The notes: a model not told the origin generated them from the letters alone. A stretch of DNA of 64,000 bases from a virus (IMGVR_UViG_3300032268_001605:64001-128000), one strand, 5' to 3'; positions 1-9,671 are shown, counted from the stretch's first letter. A program made the numbers and translations.

Positions 1-2
1 TT

Positions 3-248
3 TCTTCGACACACGATCAAGATTGGAGCTATTTAATTAACATACTCAATAAATTAAATGTTAAGTTTAAAGATAGAATATGTTTTGATAAATTGGGAAA
101 ATCTTCACAATTAAACATTTTTAATTCAAAATCAATCCATCACTTTTGTGATTTTATCTATAATGATAGTGAGCATCTAAGATTAGAAAGAAAGTATATA
201 AAATACCAACAATTTTTAGAATATAAAAGTAAATATAATAGTATTTGA
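3..248 (+). CDS. C-terminal part of a LAGLIDADG-type homing endonuclease (5' end outside window)
   Basis: Not in ORF track. Open frame SSTHDQDWSYLINILNKLNVKF...FCDFIYNDSEHLRLERKYIKYQQF...* ends with the 'IY.....L.RKY' pattern typical of LAGLIDADG domains. Confidence 0.6.
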   Translation, partial: SSTHDQDWSYLINILNKLNVKFKDRICFDKLGKSSQLNIFNSKSIHHFCDFIYNDSEHLRLERKYIKYQQFLEYKSKYNSI

Positions 249-326
249 AAAAAGAACAATAATAAGATGAAAATGTTTCATCTAAATTTCCTACTGCTTT
301 CATACTACCATCTATATTCAGGAATC

Positions 327-449
327 TTAAAATACCCCTATAACGATATGTAAAATAACATCATCATATGTCCATTTCCGTTTTGTAGGATCAAATTTAA
401 AGAGTGGGTCTTTAAAACATTCTAATTTTGATATAATTTCATCTTTCAT
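327..449 (-). pseudogene. Stranded N-terminal fragment (40 aa), probably of a phage exonuclease-like gene
   Basis: MKDEIISKLECFKDPLFKFDPTKRKWTYDDVILHIVIGVF*. The 'F.FDP..(H/R)K(Y/W)TY' start resembles phage PD-(D/E)XK exonucleases. It terminates just before an oppositely oriented HEG. Confidence 0.35.
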
Positions 450-479
450 CCAAATTATATCTTATAACTTTGTTATTGT

Positions 480-1196
480 TTAGGTGAAACTATAAGTGAA
501 TCCTTTTAAGAAGTCTATGGCTTGAGAATACTTATCAACAAGTGTTAAATTACTACTCGTTACCCCAAGTTTTGAGTAATCTGGTAGGTTCACCGATGTC
601 CAGAAACTAGAGAATGTCGGAGTTATTCTATTAGTAGAGCTGTAGGTGTAACTTTGAACACATTGATAAATTTCTTCCCAATAGACTATGTGTTCGTCCA
701 TATCATAAAAATTTATTAACTTTGTGTTATCTTCAAACACAGGAATAACTTCAAGTGCAGACCCTTTTATACCGACTTCTGCTACTACTTCAATTGTCAT
801 TTCAAATAATTTTCTATTATATCTGAAAACTCCGTTTTCAATTTGCTCTTCTCTCAAGTCACCCAAATAATGATTAGTTTGGCTGTCGAACAATCTAAAT
901 CCGATTAAATAGACAGATTTTGTATCTAAAAGTTTCTGTATGGACTCAGCTGAATTAAAATTAGTGAACTTTCTTATGTCTTTAAATGAAAATTCTTTGA
1001 AATCATTTACTGAAAGAAATGACCTCATAGAAATTTCATATTTTGTTAGCATTATGTCTTCTAAAATTGAATATTTACCACTTGCAATAAGTTCATCAAT
1101 ATAATTATAGTACTCAAATACTTGATCACTACCTTTTTGAGCTAGCTTATTAATTTTGATGTATATTTTATTGAATTCTCTCCTTCTTGGCGTCAT
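480..1196 (-). CDS. Hypothetical protein
   Basis: 238-aa ORF, 2 nt downstream of the preceding minus-strand gene. Confidence 0.75.
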   Translation of the reverse strand: MTPRRREFNKIYIKINKLAQKGSDQVFEYYNYIDELIASGKYSILEDIMLTKYEISMRSFLSVNDFKEFSFKDIRKFTNFNSAESIQKLLDTKSVYLIGFRLFDSQTNHYLGDLREEQIENGVFRYNRKLFEMTIEVVAEVGIKGSALEVIPVFEDNTKLINFYDMDEHIVYWEEIYQCVQSYTYSSTNRITPTFSSFWTSVNLPDYSKLGVTSSNLTLVDKYSQAIDFLKGFTYSFT

Positions 1197-1198
1197 AA

Positions 1199-2323
1199 TT
1201 ACTCACCCCCTCCACCTGACATTTGTTTGATTATTTCCTCAGCTTTATCTTTATTCTTTTCATCTTGTAGGAATTCAGCAAACTTGGTGACCTTATCTAA
1301 TTTATCAGGATCACTTTTGATTTTACCCAGTGCGTCCTGAGTCTTCTTTACATTCTCACCAGCGTCAGCTTCCGAGAAAGTATATTCTTCGACTTCTTTA
1401 TCATTTACAACTATTCTTTCAAGAGCGCCTGTTTCATATTCTGTTCTTCCCTTAATACTTAGAGGACCACCACCCTTTTTTAATTCTGTTAATTTAATTT
1501 TTTGCCCCTTTTTTGCAGTACCGGATATCTTAGCTGTAATATCTTTTCCCTCTTCAACTACTAAAACTTTACTACCAGATTTTGTTACCGTATAAATACC
1601 CTTTTCACCTTCAACACCCACTAACTCTATTTCTATATCACCCCAGTCTAAGATAATTTTACCTTCTTCTTTGACACCAGCTTTTTCCTTAAGTGTTTTG
1701 TAAAGTTCTTCCATTTCCTCTGGTGTGACATCAACTGATATTCTTTTTTTCAGATCGGCTTGAAAACTATCAAGAAATTTGATAGCAATAGCCTTTTTAG
1801 ATTTCAAATCCTTACCTTTGTTAAGTTCGTTGATATAAACTTGCTTCGAGAATTTATACTTAACATCTTTTTTCGTTAAACCCTTTAGTGGGTCTATTAA
1901 GCCAACAATACCGACAAAATCTATTTGTTTGTTACCTAATATTATCGCCTTCGAAAGTTCAATTACAGCTTTTGATTTGCCCTTACCCAGTGCAGTTTCT
2001 ATATCTTTGCCGATGTTATTTGCCAAATCTATGAGACTTGTACAAAAATTATCCATAATACCAATTACGGCAGTTTCATCTTGAATGTTATTTAATTCCT
2101 TTTGAGATCCATCTATAGCCTGATTGAAATTAGTCATAATTACATTGACTAAAGAATTTGGCTCACTCTCTTTGAACATATCTTTGAAGTCTTTAGCCAA
2201 ATCTTTGAAAGGGGCTGCGAAAAAATTAGCGAGTTTACCTAACGCTCCCTTAATTGCTCTCATTATGAACTCTTCTTTTATTAATTCGCTTTCCCTGAAT
2301 CTACTGAACTTCTCAATTTCCAT
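1199..2323 (-). CDS. Hypothetical, probably virion-associated protein
   Basis: Likely start MEIEKFSRFRES at 2323, downstream of a TTTATATATA motif. Carries the N-terminal KxFxxF tag. Confidence 0.7.
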   Translation of the reverse strand: MEIEKFSRFRESELIKEEFIMRAIKGALGKLANFFAAPFKDLAKDFKDMFKESEPNSLVNVIMTNFNQAIDGSQKELNNIQDETAVIGIMDNFCTSLIDLANNIGKDIETALGKGKSKAVIELSKAIILGNKQIDFVGIVGLIDPLKGLTKKDVKYKFSKQVYINELNKGKDLKSKKAIAIKFLDSFQADLKKRISVDVTPEEMEELYKTLKEKAGVKEEGKIILDWGDIEIELVGVEGEKGIYTVTKSGSKVLVVEEGKDITAKISGTAKKGQKIKLTELKKGGGPLSIKGRTEYETGALERIVVNDKEVEEYTFSEADAGENVKKTQDALGKIKSDPDKLDKVTKFAEFLQDEKNKDKAEEIIKQMSGGGGE

Positions 2324-2441
2324 AGGATAAATTTTTTTTTGTATATAGTCTATATATAAAAAATTCATTTGTATTTTATTATTCAATATTTACTTAAAAC
2401 TTTATTTGCCTATTTTTATAAAATAAAAAAAATATAAGTAC

Positions 2442-2990
2442 ATGAATCTACAAGAATATAATAATTTATCACAAAAGACTTTATCCAATCAGTTTCATTC
2501 GGATGGACAAATAGAAAAAATTTTACATGCCGCACTTGGACTAGCAACTGAAATCGATGAATTGCTGGAAAATTACGAAAGTCAAATAGACCACACAAAC
2601 CTCATAGAGGAAATTGGTGATATTTGTTGGTACCTCTCTATATTCTATAGAGAATATCCTGGTTCAGAAAAAATGATAAAATTAGATTCTGAGACAAAAT
2701 CACCAGAAAAAATAGTTATGGATATGTTAAAATCTATACTTAAAATTCAAGATATAATTAAAAAGAAACTTTTCTATAACAAACCAATACAAGAAAATTC
2801 ATTAATTGAATTAATCATTTCAATTAATTCAGATTTAATTCTCTTTTTAGAAAAATATAATCTAAACATAGAGGATGTTTGGTATAAAAATATAGCAAAA
2901 CTAAAGGCTCGATACGGAGATAAATTCAGTTCGGAAAAGGCGATTAATAGAGACTTAGAAATAGAGAAAAAAATATTGGAAAATGAATAA
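2442..2990 (+). CDS. MazG-like NTP pyrophosphohydrolase
   Basis: HAALGLATEIDELLE...EEIGDICWY and C-terminal NIAKLKARY. The second half looks like a degenerate repeat of the domain. Confidence 0.85.
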   Translation: MNLQEYNNLSQKTLSNQFHSDGQIEKILHAALGLATEIDELLENYESQIDHTNLIEEIGDICWYLSIFYREYPGSEKMIKLDSETKSPEKIVMDMLKSILKIQDIIKKKLFYNKPIQENSLIELIISINSDLILFLEKYNLNIEDVWYKNIAKLKARYGDKFSSEKAINRDLEIEKKILENE

Positions 2991-3330
2991 TATAAATTTA
3001 GCACTAAAAAATATTGAATCTAGAAACAATAATCTTTCACAAGATTTAAAAGATTTGAAATCAGAACTTCAAGTTTGTTTCGAAAAAAATCTATTACAAG
3101 CCGGTGTTATAAACCCCGGATACTTTTCATATTTTTTACCGATATTGGAAAGTTATAGAACCCTCGGTATAATCACAAAGTACCATCTTTCAGAAGAACA
3201 ATATACAAATGGATATTCTGGTAATATAGTAAAAATACCCGTAGTCGATGTTTTTACTACTATTGATAACTTTACTACAACAAGAATTTTTATTACTTCA
3301 GAATTAATTATTAACTCACAAAATAGATAA
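2983..3330 (+). CDS. Hypothetical protein
   Basis: 115-aa ORF overlapping the mazG-like stop, 2 nt before prs. Confidence 0.7.
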   Translation: MNNINLALKNIESRNNNLSQDLKDLKSELQVCFEKNLLQAGVINPGYFSYFLPILESYRTLGIITKYHLSEEQYTNGYSGNIVKIPVVDVFTTIDNFTTTRIFITSELIINSQNR

Positions 3331-3332
3331 CT

Positions 3333-4301
3333 ATGAAAATATTCGCAGGGACAAATTATCTACACTTAGCACTTGACATTTCCAAAAACTTTGAAGATTT
3401 CACTATTGGAAATTTACAAATAGATAAATTCTCAGATGGAGAAATCCTACCCTGTTTCAAAGAGTCAATACGAGATATTGATGTATTTTTTATCAATAGC
3501 AGTGATTCATCTGACTCCATAATGGAAACACTACTAGTTGTAGATGCTGCCAAAAGAGCAGGTTGTAAATCCTTTACCCTAGTTTCACCCTACTCCGGAT
3601 ATTCTAGACAAGACAAAACAGACCACCTTAGATCATCCATAGGTTCGAAACTCTTAGCCGATATTTTTGAAAAAGCCGGAGTCAATAGATTAATCACAAT
3701 AGATCTACACTCCTCCTCTATTCAAGGTTTTTACAATTTTCCAGTAATACATTTAAACGGAAATGTAGTATCAATTGATTATATAAAATCACTCGATTTA
3801 GTAAATCTTTGTATAGTGGCACCAGACCAAGGTGCTGTAAAAAGAGCTTCAGACTTCTGTAAGGCATTCCCAGAAGCAACATTTGCACTTATTAATAAAA
3901 GAAGAATCAAACCAAATGAAATTCATTCAATGGAATTAGTTGGTGAAGTAAAAGGTAAGAATGTGATAATAGTTGATGATATGGCTGATACCTTAGGAAC
4001 TATGTCAAAAGCCTGCGAACTACTACTAGAAAAGGGCGCACTATCCGTAAGATGTGTTGCTACCCATGGTATATTAAGTGGTAAAGCTTTAGAAAACCTA
4101 CACAACTCAAAAATAGAAGAGGTAATCGTCATTGACACATTACATTCAGTTTATGATAAATCTAAGTTAAATAACCGAATTAAAATAATTAGTTGTGCAA
4201 AGTTAATAGCAAAATCAATATCAGCTCTAGTAGAAAAGAAGTCAATTCATGAGATTAATAGGGTTTATCAAATCGATAGTTTAAATCAATCTAAAATTTA
4301 G
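3333..4301 (+). CDS. prs: Ribose-phosphate pyrophosphokinase (PRPP synthetase)
   Basis: FSDGE, PYSGYSRQDK, IDLH...QGF, VAPDQGAVKRA, VDDMADTLGT, ATHGILSG. Confidence 0.95.
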   Translation: MKIFAGTNYLHLALDISKNFEDFTIGNLQIDKFSDGEILPCFKESIRDIDVFFINSSDSSDSIMETLLVVDAAKRAGCKSFTLVSPYSGYSRQDKTDHLRSSIGSKLLADIFEKAGVNRLITIDLHSSSIQGFYNFPVIHLNGNVVSIDYIKSLDLVNLCIVAPDQGAVKRASDFCKAFPEATFALINKRRIKPNEIHSMELVGEVKGKNVIIVDDMADTLGTMSKACELLLEKGALSVRCVATHGILSGKALENLHNSKIEEVIVIDTLHSVYDKSKLNNRIKIISCAKLIAKSISALVEKKSIHEINRVYQIDSLNQSKI

Positions 4302-4480
4302 ATTGATTCCTCAATCAAATTTACCAAATTCACCCCTTTTGAATCTAACTCTATTTCTTTTTGAATATAGATTCTCAATCTTTTAGACATGTCATATCCG
4401 TTTTTATCACAGATTTGTTTCCATTCTTTCAATAATTGTTCTTCTATTTTGAATTCTACTTTTTTATTTTTATTTATCAT
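4298..4480 (-). CDS. Small ribbon-helix-helix (CopG-like) DNA-binding protein
   Basis: KKVEFKIEEQLLKEWKQICDKNGYDMSKRLRIYI fits a strand-helix-helix pattern. Overlaps the end of the HEG. Confidence 0.6.
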   Translation of the reverse strand: MINKNKKVEFKIEEQLLKEWKQICDKNGYDMSKRLRIYIQKEIELDSKGVNLVNLIEESI

Positions 4481-5210
4481 TTTCTGAAATTATTTTTTCT
4501 ATTTCAATATAATTTTTATCAATAATAAATAAAAAGTTATATCCAGCACTTATTGTATATTCTTTTTTTATTATATTTTCCTCGTAATCATCATTGAAAG
4601 TATATTCCGACTTAACCTCACATACTAAATTATATTTGGATAAAAAAAAGTCGGAATGATAAACTCTATTCTTATTACCCATTAAATATCTGATGCTTGG
4701 ACCTTTAGTAAATTCAATCTTATTTCTAATACAATATTGGATAAAATCTAATTCATATGATCCTTGATATTTTATATCAGTATCTCCATACTTATGTGTT
4801 TTATAAGCTGATGATTGAGCCTTCTCAAATATTTCAGGACACTTTGTTGGATGATCGAACCCATACTTATCTATTAGGGTCTTTTTAATTTTAGATTTTA
4901 CTAACTCTGATTGAAAAGTATGTTCGACTCCGAATTTTTCAAGATTTGTTTTTTTATTTTTATCAAATGAGCAAGGGTGACAACAATAATAATTCTGCCT
5001 ATTTATTTGCTTATTGTAGTTGTTATAAATAATATAATTTGTCGAGTCACAGGTATCACACTTAACGTTAATTCTAACCCTGGAATTTTTCGGTAAATGT
5101 TCAACTTTTACTATCACTTTTTCATACAGTTTTCCAATATAACCAAGTGAATGGTATAATTTTATATTTTTTTGATGAAACGATGTTTCTACTGTTTCAG
5201 ATAATATCAT
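4470..5210 (-). CDS. Free-standing homing endonuclease (Zn-finger, KYG repeats, PD-(D/E)XK-like C-terminus)
   Basis: CDTC/CHPC, 'TNLEKFGVEH' and 'DKYGFDHP' repeats, YQGSYELDF...YHSDF...EVKS. Confidence 0.8.
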   Translation of the reverse strand: MILSETVETSFHQKNIKLYHSLGYIGKLYEKVIVKVEHLPKNSRVRINVKCDTCDSTNYIIYNNYNKQINRQNYYCCHPCSFDKNKKTNLEKFGVEHTFQSELVKSKIKKTLIDKYGFDHPTKCPEIFEKAQSSAYKTHKYGDTDIKYQGSYELDFIQYCIRNKIEFTKGPSIRYLMGNKNRVYHSDFFLSKYNLVCEVKSEYTFNDDYEENIIKKEYTISAGYNFLFIIDKNYIEIEKIISENDK

Positions 5211-5217
5211 TATATTT

Positions 5218-5248
5218 AACTATTTTTAATTATATATTAAAAATAGTT
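5218..5248 (-). promoter_or_regulatory. 13-bp hairpin containing the putative late promoter, upstream of HEG start
   Basis: Minus strand AACTATTTTTAAT-ATATA-ATTAAAAATAGTT, 8-38 nt upstream of the ATG at 5210. Confidence 0.6.
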
Positions 5249-5301
5249 TGTCCTCAACAAAAATCTTATATTTTTATATAAAATAAAAACAAAGAATAAA
5301 T

Positions 5302-6477
5302 ATGAACAAACTTGCTTTAAACTTTATATGTAAAAATGAGTCACATGTAGTCGAGAGAATGCTCAATAGCAATAAAAATGTAGTAGATCTTATAGTTTGT
5401 AATGATACTGGATCATCAGATGGTACGCAAGATATTATTAAGAAATGGGGTAAAGATAACGGAATACCTACATATGTTTTTGAAAGACCATTCGACAATT
5501 TTGAAAATTCAAGAAATCATGCGATGGAGAAATTACGTGAAGTAGTCAACGAATTAGGTTGGAATCCTAATGATGTTCATGGATATTGGATAGATTGTGA
5601 TGAGCAATTAGTAATCGAAGATGGATTCGATAAGAAGCAATTTACAAATGACTTATATATGATAAATACCTATATAGGTTCTATGAAATATACAAGAAAC
5701 ACTTTCTTTAAAGTATCAAAACCCTTTAGATGGTTTGGTCCAGTTCACGAGTTCATAATCTGTGAAACCAACAATATCACTTCTGGATTAGCAGAAAGAT
5801 TGCACGTAGATGTCAAAATGGACGGTGGATCCTGGAAAGGCAACATTCCAGATAAGTACAAGAAACACGCAGCAATCCTCGAAGATTATATCGACAACAA
5901 AGATAGAAACTCACGTTGGGTATTCTATACGGCTCAATCCTATCACGATTCGGCTTCTATTCCTGATAACAGAGCTGAGAATGAAGAGAGATTAAGAAGA
6001 GCTCTTAAATACTACAAGGAAAGAATTGGTAGATCTGATGGGTATGAAGAAGAAAGATTCTATTCACAGTTCCGTGTTGGTACAATTAAAAAGGCATTGG
6101 AATTCCCTTGGCCGGAAGTTCATCAAGAATTATTGAAAGCTTATTCAATGGATCCACTTAGAGCAGAACCTATCAAGGCAATTATTGATTACTACTTAAC
6201 GGTAGGTGATTGGCATATGGCTTTTCTTTATACTAAATTCGCAAAAGAAAACTTCCACGGTAAAAATCCTTACCCAACAAGATTGTTGTTTGTTGATGAG
6301 TCGCTTTATGTTTGGAGGTTCTTAGAGGTACATGCTGCATCCTGTTTCTATACCGGAAAAAAAGACGAAGGGAAACTTGCCTACAAAGAACTCCTGGATG
6401 CAATCAAAAAGTATCCTCAATATTTCACACAAGAAGATATTAACAAAATTAATTCTAACGCACAATTCTTTCAATAA
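5302..6477 (+). CDS. Glycosyltransferase family 2 with TPR-like C-terminus
   Basis: FICKNE, DTGSSDGT, FDNFENSRN, IDCDE, W.GPVHE, then helical FYTAQSY and AEP repeats. Confidence 0.85.
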   Translation: MNKLALNFICKNESHVVERMLNSNKNVVDLIVCNDTGSSDGTQDIIKKWGKDNGIPTYVFERPFDNFENSRNHAMEKLREVVNELGWNPNDVHGYWIDCDEQLVIEDGFDKKQFTNDLYMINTYIGSMKYTRNTFFKVSKPFRWFGPVHEFIICETNNITSGLAERLHVDVKMDGGSWKGNIPDKYKKHAAILEDYIDNKDRNSRWVFYTAQSYHDSASIPDNRAENEERLRRALKYYKERIGRSDGYEEERFYSQFRVGTIKKALEFPWPEVHQELLKAYSMDPLRAEPIKAIIDYYLTVGDWHMAFLYTKFAKENFHGKNPYPTRLLFVDESLYVWRFLEVHAASCFYTGKKDEGKLAYKELLDAIKKYPQYFTQEDINKINSNAQFFQ

Positions 6478-6479
6478 AG

Positions 6480-6620
6480 ATGACTAAATCTAAATTAATT
6501 ACAATTATTGGTGCACCCGCAAGTGGAAAATCTACCTTAGCTTCTGATGTTCATACTGAACTTAAGAAGCTTGGTAGAAATTCTATTTATATAACTGAAG
6601 TTTTTTTGATATCTTTCTAA
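6480..6620 (+). pseudogene. Stranded N-terminal duplicate of the 8257..8820 kinase gene
   Basis: MTKSKLITIIGAPASGKSTLASDVHTELKKLGRNSIYITEV(FLISF*). About 30/40 aa identical to the start of 8257..8820. Confidence 0.9.
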
Positions 6621-6880
6621 ACTCTTTTATCTTCAATTTCACCATTTTTAGCTGATTTATGCTCTTTTGATTAATTTTTAGAATCTCATAAAGAAGAAAT
6701 TATAAAGGTTTGAAGTGGTTAATTCATCATAAAAATCACTTTTAACTTTTCATGACAATTTATTGATAATTAGTGTTACAGAAACCTATAACCAACTGAA
6801 TTTGATGGTGCCTTTTGTGATTATTACATTTCTCATAATTAGAAAACGATGTAATTAAGTTTCGAATGAAAAATATACAA

Positions 6881-6994
6881 GAAGGGCGGGACTTTTACCA
6901 CATAACTTGATTTGAAAAACTAAATTTTGATTAACCAAAAATCTGTCTTTGGAACACGAAACCCCGCCTTTTGGGTAGGTGCTGTTATGTGAGG
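6881..6994 (-). repeat. Truncated GC-rich inverted repeat, attC-like
   Basis: GAAGGGCGGG (6881-6890) pairs with CCCGCCTTTT (6963-6972). On the minus strand it begins CCTCACATAAC immediately after the stop codon of 6995..7222. Confidence 0.4.
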
Positions 6995-7222
6995 TTATTT
7001 GTTGGAAACTCCTTGTTCTGATACAATTTCAGAAGCAAATTTTACCAATTCGTACCGCACAATTATTCCATTTTCCATTAATACAGGGAAACTTTCTGGA
7101 CAAGAAGAGTTTTGAATAGAATTATAATTAATTGAACTAGAACTTTGTTGTTCATAGTTAATTAAATCTGTGGTGTTTATTAATTGTCCCATATAATTTT
7201 CAAATTTAGTTATTTTCTTCAT
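6995..7222 (-). CDS. Small hypothetical protein with KxxKFENY tag
   Basis: 75-aa ORF starting MKKITKFENY. Confidence 0.55.
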   Translation of the reverse strand: MKKITKFENYMGQLINTTDLINYEQQSSSSINYNSIQNSSCPESFPVLMENGIIVRYELVKFASEIVSEQGVSNK

Positions 7223-7293
7223 GTTTCATACCAATCAAAATCACCATGAACCATATGATGAAAATTAATTCGACAATATGAAAAATATAAATT

Positions 7294-8208
7294 TTAATTT
7301 TTTATAATTTCTCTCATTCTGTCATCTATATTATCTTGATATGTTATTATATATAATTTAATCTGATTGATATTACAATATTCTTCTTTCAATTTGTCTC
7401 TATGTTGATTAATTATAAAATTGTCATGATTCTTATGAAATAGAGTCTTAAATTTATAATGTTGTTCACCATTATATTCTATTAGATATTTAATTTCACC
7501 ATTATTATCAAATACAGCGAAGTCAAATTTTAATAAACTTTTATGTTTTAAATCACTGAAAGTATGTTGTGATTTATATTTTATCTTATTATTTTTTAAA
7601 ATCTCCAATATTTTCAACTCACCTTTTGAGTTTCTGCAAATCGGACAACCTCTTCCAGTTAAATGATATCTTACAGTCTGAGTGAAAATGCCATGTTTTG
7701 AACAATCTATATTTAATTTACTATCATAATTTTTATAATTTTTATCAGGATAACTATATAAATTGTTATGTTTTTTATTTGCTAAATCAATAAATTCATC
7801 AATTGTTAATCTTCTATTACCACTACATTTTGAGCAACCAATACCCTTCAAGTGTGCACCAGGTGCTTGTTTAAATAAACCGTGTTCGGGACACTCTATA
7901 TTTAATGTAGTAACATTATTTATATAATTACGATCAGGATAGTTATATTTACTGTTGTGTTTTTCTTTCGCTTTTAATATAAAATCATCAATAGAGATCT
8001 TTTGATTCCTGGAACAATGATGGCAGCCTTTCCCCTGTAAGTGATTATATGGAATTTGAGTAAATATACCATGTATAGAACATATTATTTCTATTTTATC
8101 ACGACTATTTTTATAATCAGAGAGTATATAATCATATATATTATTATGAATTATATTAGCTCTTCTTATAAATTCATCCTTATCATATTTTTTTGAAAAT
8201 CCACACAT
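7294..8208 (-). CDS. Free-standing homing endonuclease (three Zn-finger repeats plus Vsr-like nuclease domain)
   Basis: 3x 'C..HG.F.Q....HL.G.GC..C', then SKGE, FDF and IEYNGEQH...RDKLK. Likely start at 8208 after the TATATA motif. Confidence 0.85.
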   Translation of the reverse strand: MCGFSKKYDKDEFIRRANIIHNNIYDYILSDYKNSRDKIEIICSIHGIFTQIPYNHLQGKGCHHCSRNQKISIDDFILKAKEKHNSKYNYPDRNYINNVTTLNIECPEHGLFKQAPGAHLKGIGCSKCSGNRRLTIDEFIDLANKKHNNLYSYPDKNYKNYDSKLNIDCSKHGIFTQTVRYHLTGRGCPICRNSKGELKILEILKNNKIKYKSQHTFSDLKHKSLLKFDFAVFDNNGEIKYLIEYNGEQHYKFKTLFHKNHDNFIINQHRDKLKEEYCNINQIKLYIITYQDNIDDRMREIIKN

Positions 8209-8256
8209 TTCTTTATATATAAAAAAACATTTTTTACCAAATCCCATATAATTTAT

Positions 8257-8820
8257 ATGAAAGGCAAATTAATACAAATATTAGGTGCACCCGCATCAGG
8301 AAAATCAACACTGGCTTCTGAAGTGCATACCGAATTGAAGAAAATTGGTGAAAATTCTATATTTGTAGGAGAAGTTTGTACGGATTTCATTGCCGAATAC
8401 GGAATACCTAATTCACCGATAGACCAAATAGTTATTTTCTATAAACAATTAAATAAAGAAAAGATGTTTTTAGAATCTAAAGAATTTGTTGTATGTGATT
8501 CTAGTTCTATTTTAAATTATTTTTACTTTAGAAAATTATTTCCATCTAAATTATCAAATAAGAATATTGCAACAATAAATCACCTACAAAAAGAAATATT
8601 GAAACATATCAATGATATAGATAAGATATTTTATGTTCCACCAATGAAAAAAATTGAAACAAATGATGGAATAAGATATCACAATAGTGATGATATAGAT
8701 GAATTAGATAGATGGATTAAATCTTATTTGGAATTAGAAAATATAGAGCATATAGATCTGAGTGATGTTGACATGGTAGATAGAGTTAAATTTATATTGA
8801 ACAATCTTAATGGTGAATAA
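8257..8820 (+). CDS. NadR/Ttd14-type P-loop kinase (AAA_28-like)
   Basis: Walker A GAPASGKST, VVCDSS, NDGIR lid motif. Confidence 0.8.
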   Translation: MKGKLIQILGAPASGKSTLASEVHTELKKIGENSIFVGEVCTDFIAEYGIPNSPIDQIVIFYKQLNKEKMFLESKEFVVCDSSSILNYFYFRKLFPSKLSNKNIATINHLQKEILKHINDIDKIFYVPPMKKIETNDGIRYHNSDDIDELDRWIKSYLELENIEHIDLSDVDMVDRVKFILNNLNGE

Positions 8821-8852
8821 TTTAGTTTAAATGAATACATTTCAGTATTTCC

Positions 8853-8969
8853 AAATTAGATAGGTTAATAAAATCATATTTAGATTTGGAGAATATCAAT
8901 TACGACGATTTGACTCAAATAGATTTAAAAGGCAGAACAAATCATATAATAAAAAAAATACTCCAATAA
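8853..8969 (+). pseudogene. Stranded C-terminal duplicate of the 8257..8820 kinase gene
   Basis: No start codon. KLDRLIKSYLDLENINYDDLTQIDLKGRTNHIIKKILQ* versus ELDRWIKSYLELENIEHIDLSDVDMVDRVKFILNNLNGE (about 17/38 identical). Confidence 0.85.
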
Positions 8970-9041
8970 TCGGAGTATTTTCTTTTTAAGAAGAAACACA
9001 CTCTTTTGGGAGTGTGTCGGTCTTTGAGGACTACTCAAAGA
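8955..9041. terminator. Bidirectional terminator plus two adjacent hairpins between convergent genes
   Basis: AAAATACTCC/GGAGTATTTT, ACACACTC/GAGTGTGT and TCTTTGAG/CTCAAAGA stems. Confidence 0.65.
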
Positions 9042-9047
9042 GGGGTT

Positions 9048-9671
9048 CTATTTACTTAGTAGTTTAATTAAATCTTCTGTAATCTTAGCAATCATTTTTC
9101 TACCTTCGATCTCTATTAGTGGAATATTCTTAACCCAAGAGTATTTATCATTACCATCTATATCAATTGCTTCAATCAGTTTTTGAACCTTTGGATTGCC
9201 ACTGAATTTTGATTTGTAATACTCTTTCAAGTCAACTACGAACTTAGCTAAATCCACACCTTTCTTATAGTTATACTTAACCATTTGAAGTTCATTATCT
9301 TGTTTCTCCACCATAATATACCAGATAGAAGATTTAGAAATTTTCACATTTTCTAAAAAGTTGTAACCTTTAGATGCTTTGGTTCCCTTTGGTAATTTTG
9401 CGACTTTCCCATAGAATTCTACTTTACCTTCTTTTAATTCTTGTTCTGGTTCTACTTTCTGACCTGATGGCATCATATGCTTAGTGGACATAGGTGATTC
9501 AAACCTACCCGACTTTTTAGGTACATTTGGATTAGCTGGTAAATCACCATCATCAAATGGTAGTTGTGTAAAATCTGAGTTGTCTGTCATTTTATTCTTA
9601 TCTGATTTAGATATCTCTGAAAATTTTTTGAATGAAGATATTATTTGTTCTTTTTCGTTTTTGTTGCTCAT
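9048..9671 (-). CDS. Hypothetical protein
   Basis: Likely start MSNKNEKEQ at 9671, after an ATTAATATATA motif. Confidence 0.75.
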   Translation of the reverse strand: MSNKNEKEQIISSFKKFSEISKSDKNKMTDNSDFTQLPFDDGDLPANPNVPKKSGRFESPMSTKHMMPSGQKVEPEQELKEGKVEFYGKVAKLPKGTKASKGYNFLENVKISKSSIWYIMVEKQDNELQMVKYNYKKGVDLAKFVVDLKEYYKSKFSGNPKVQKLIEAIDIDGNDKYSWVKNIPLIEIEGRKMIAKITEDLIKLLSK

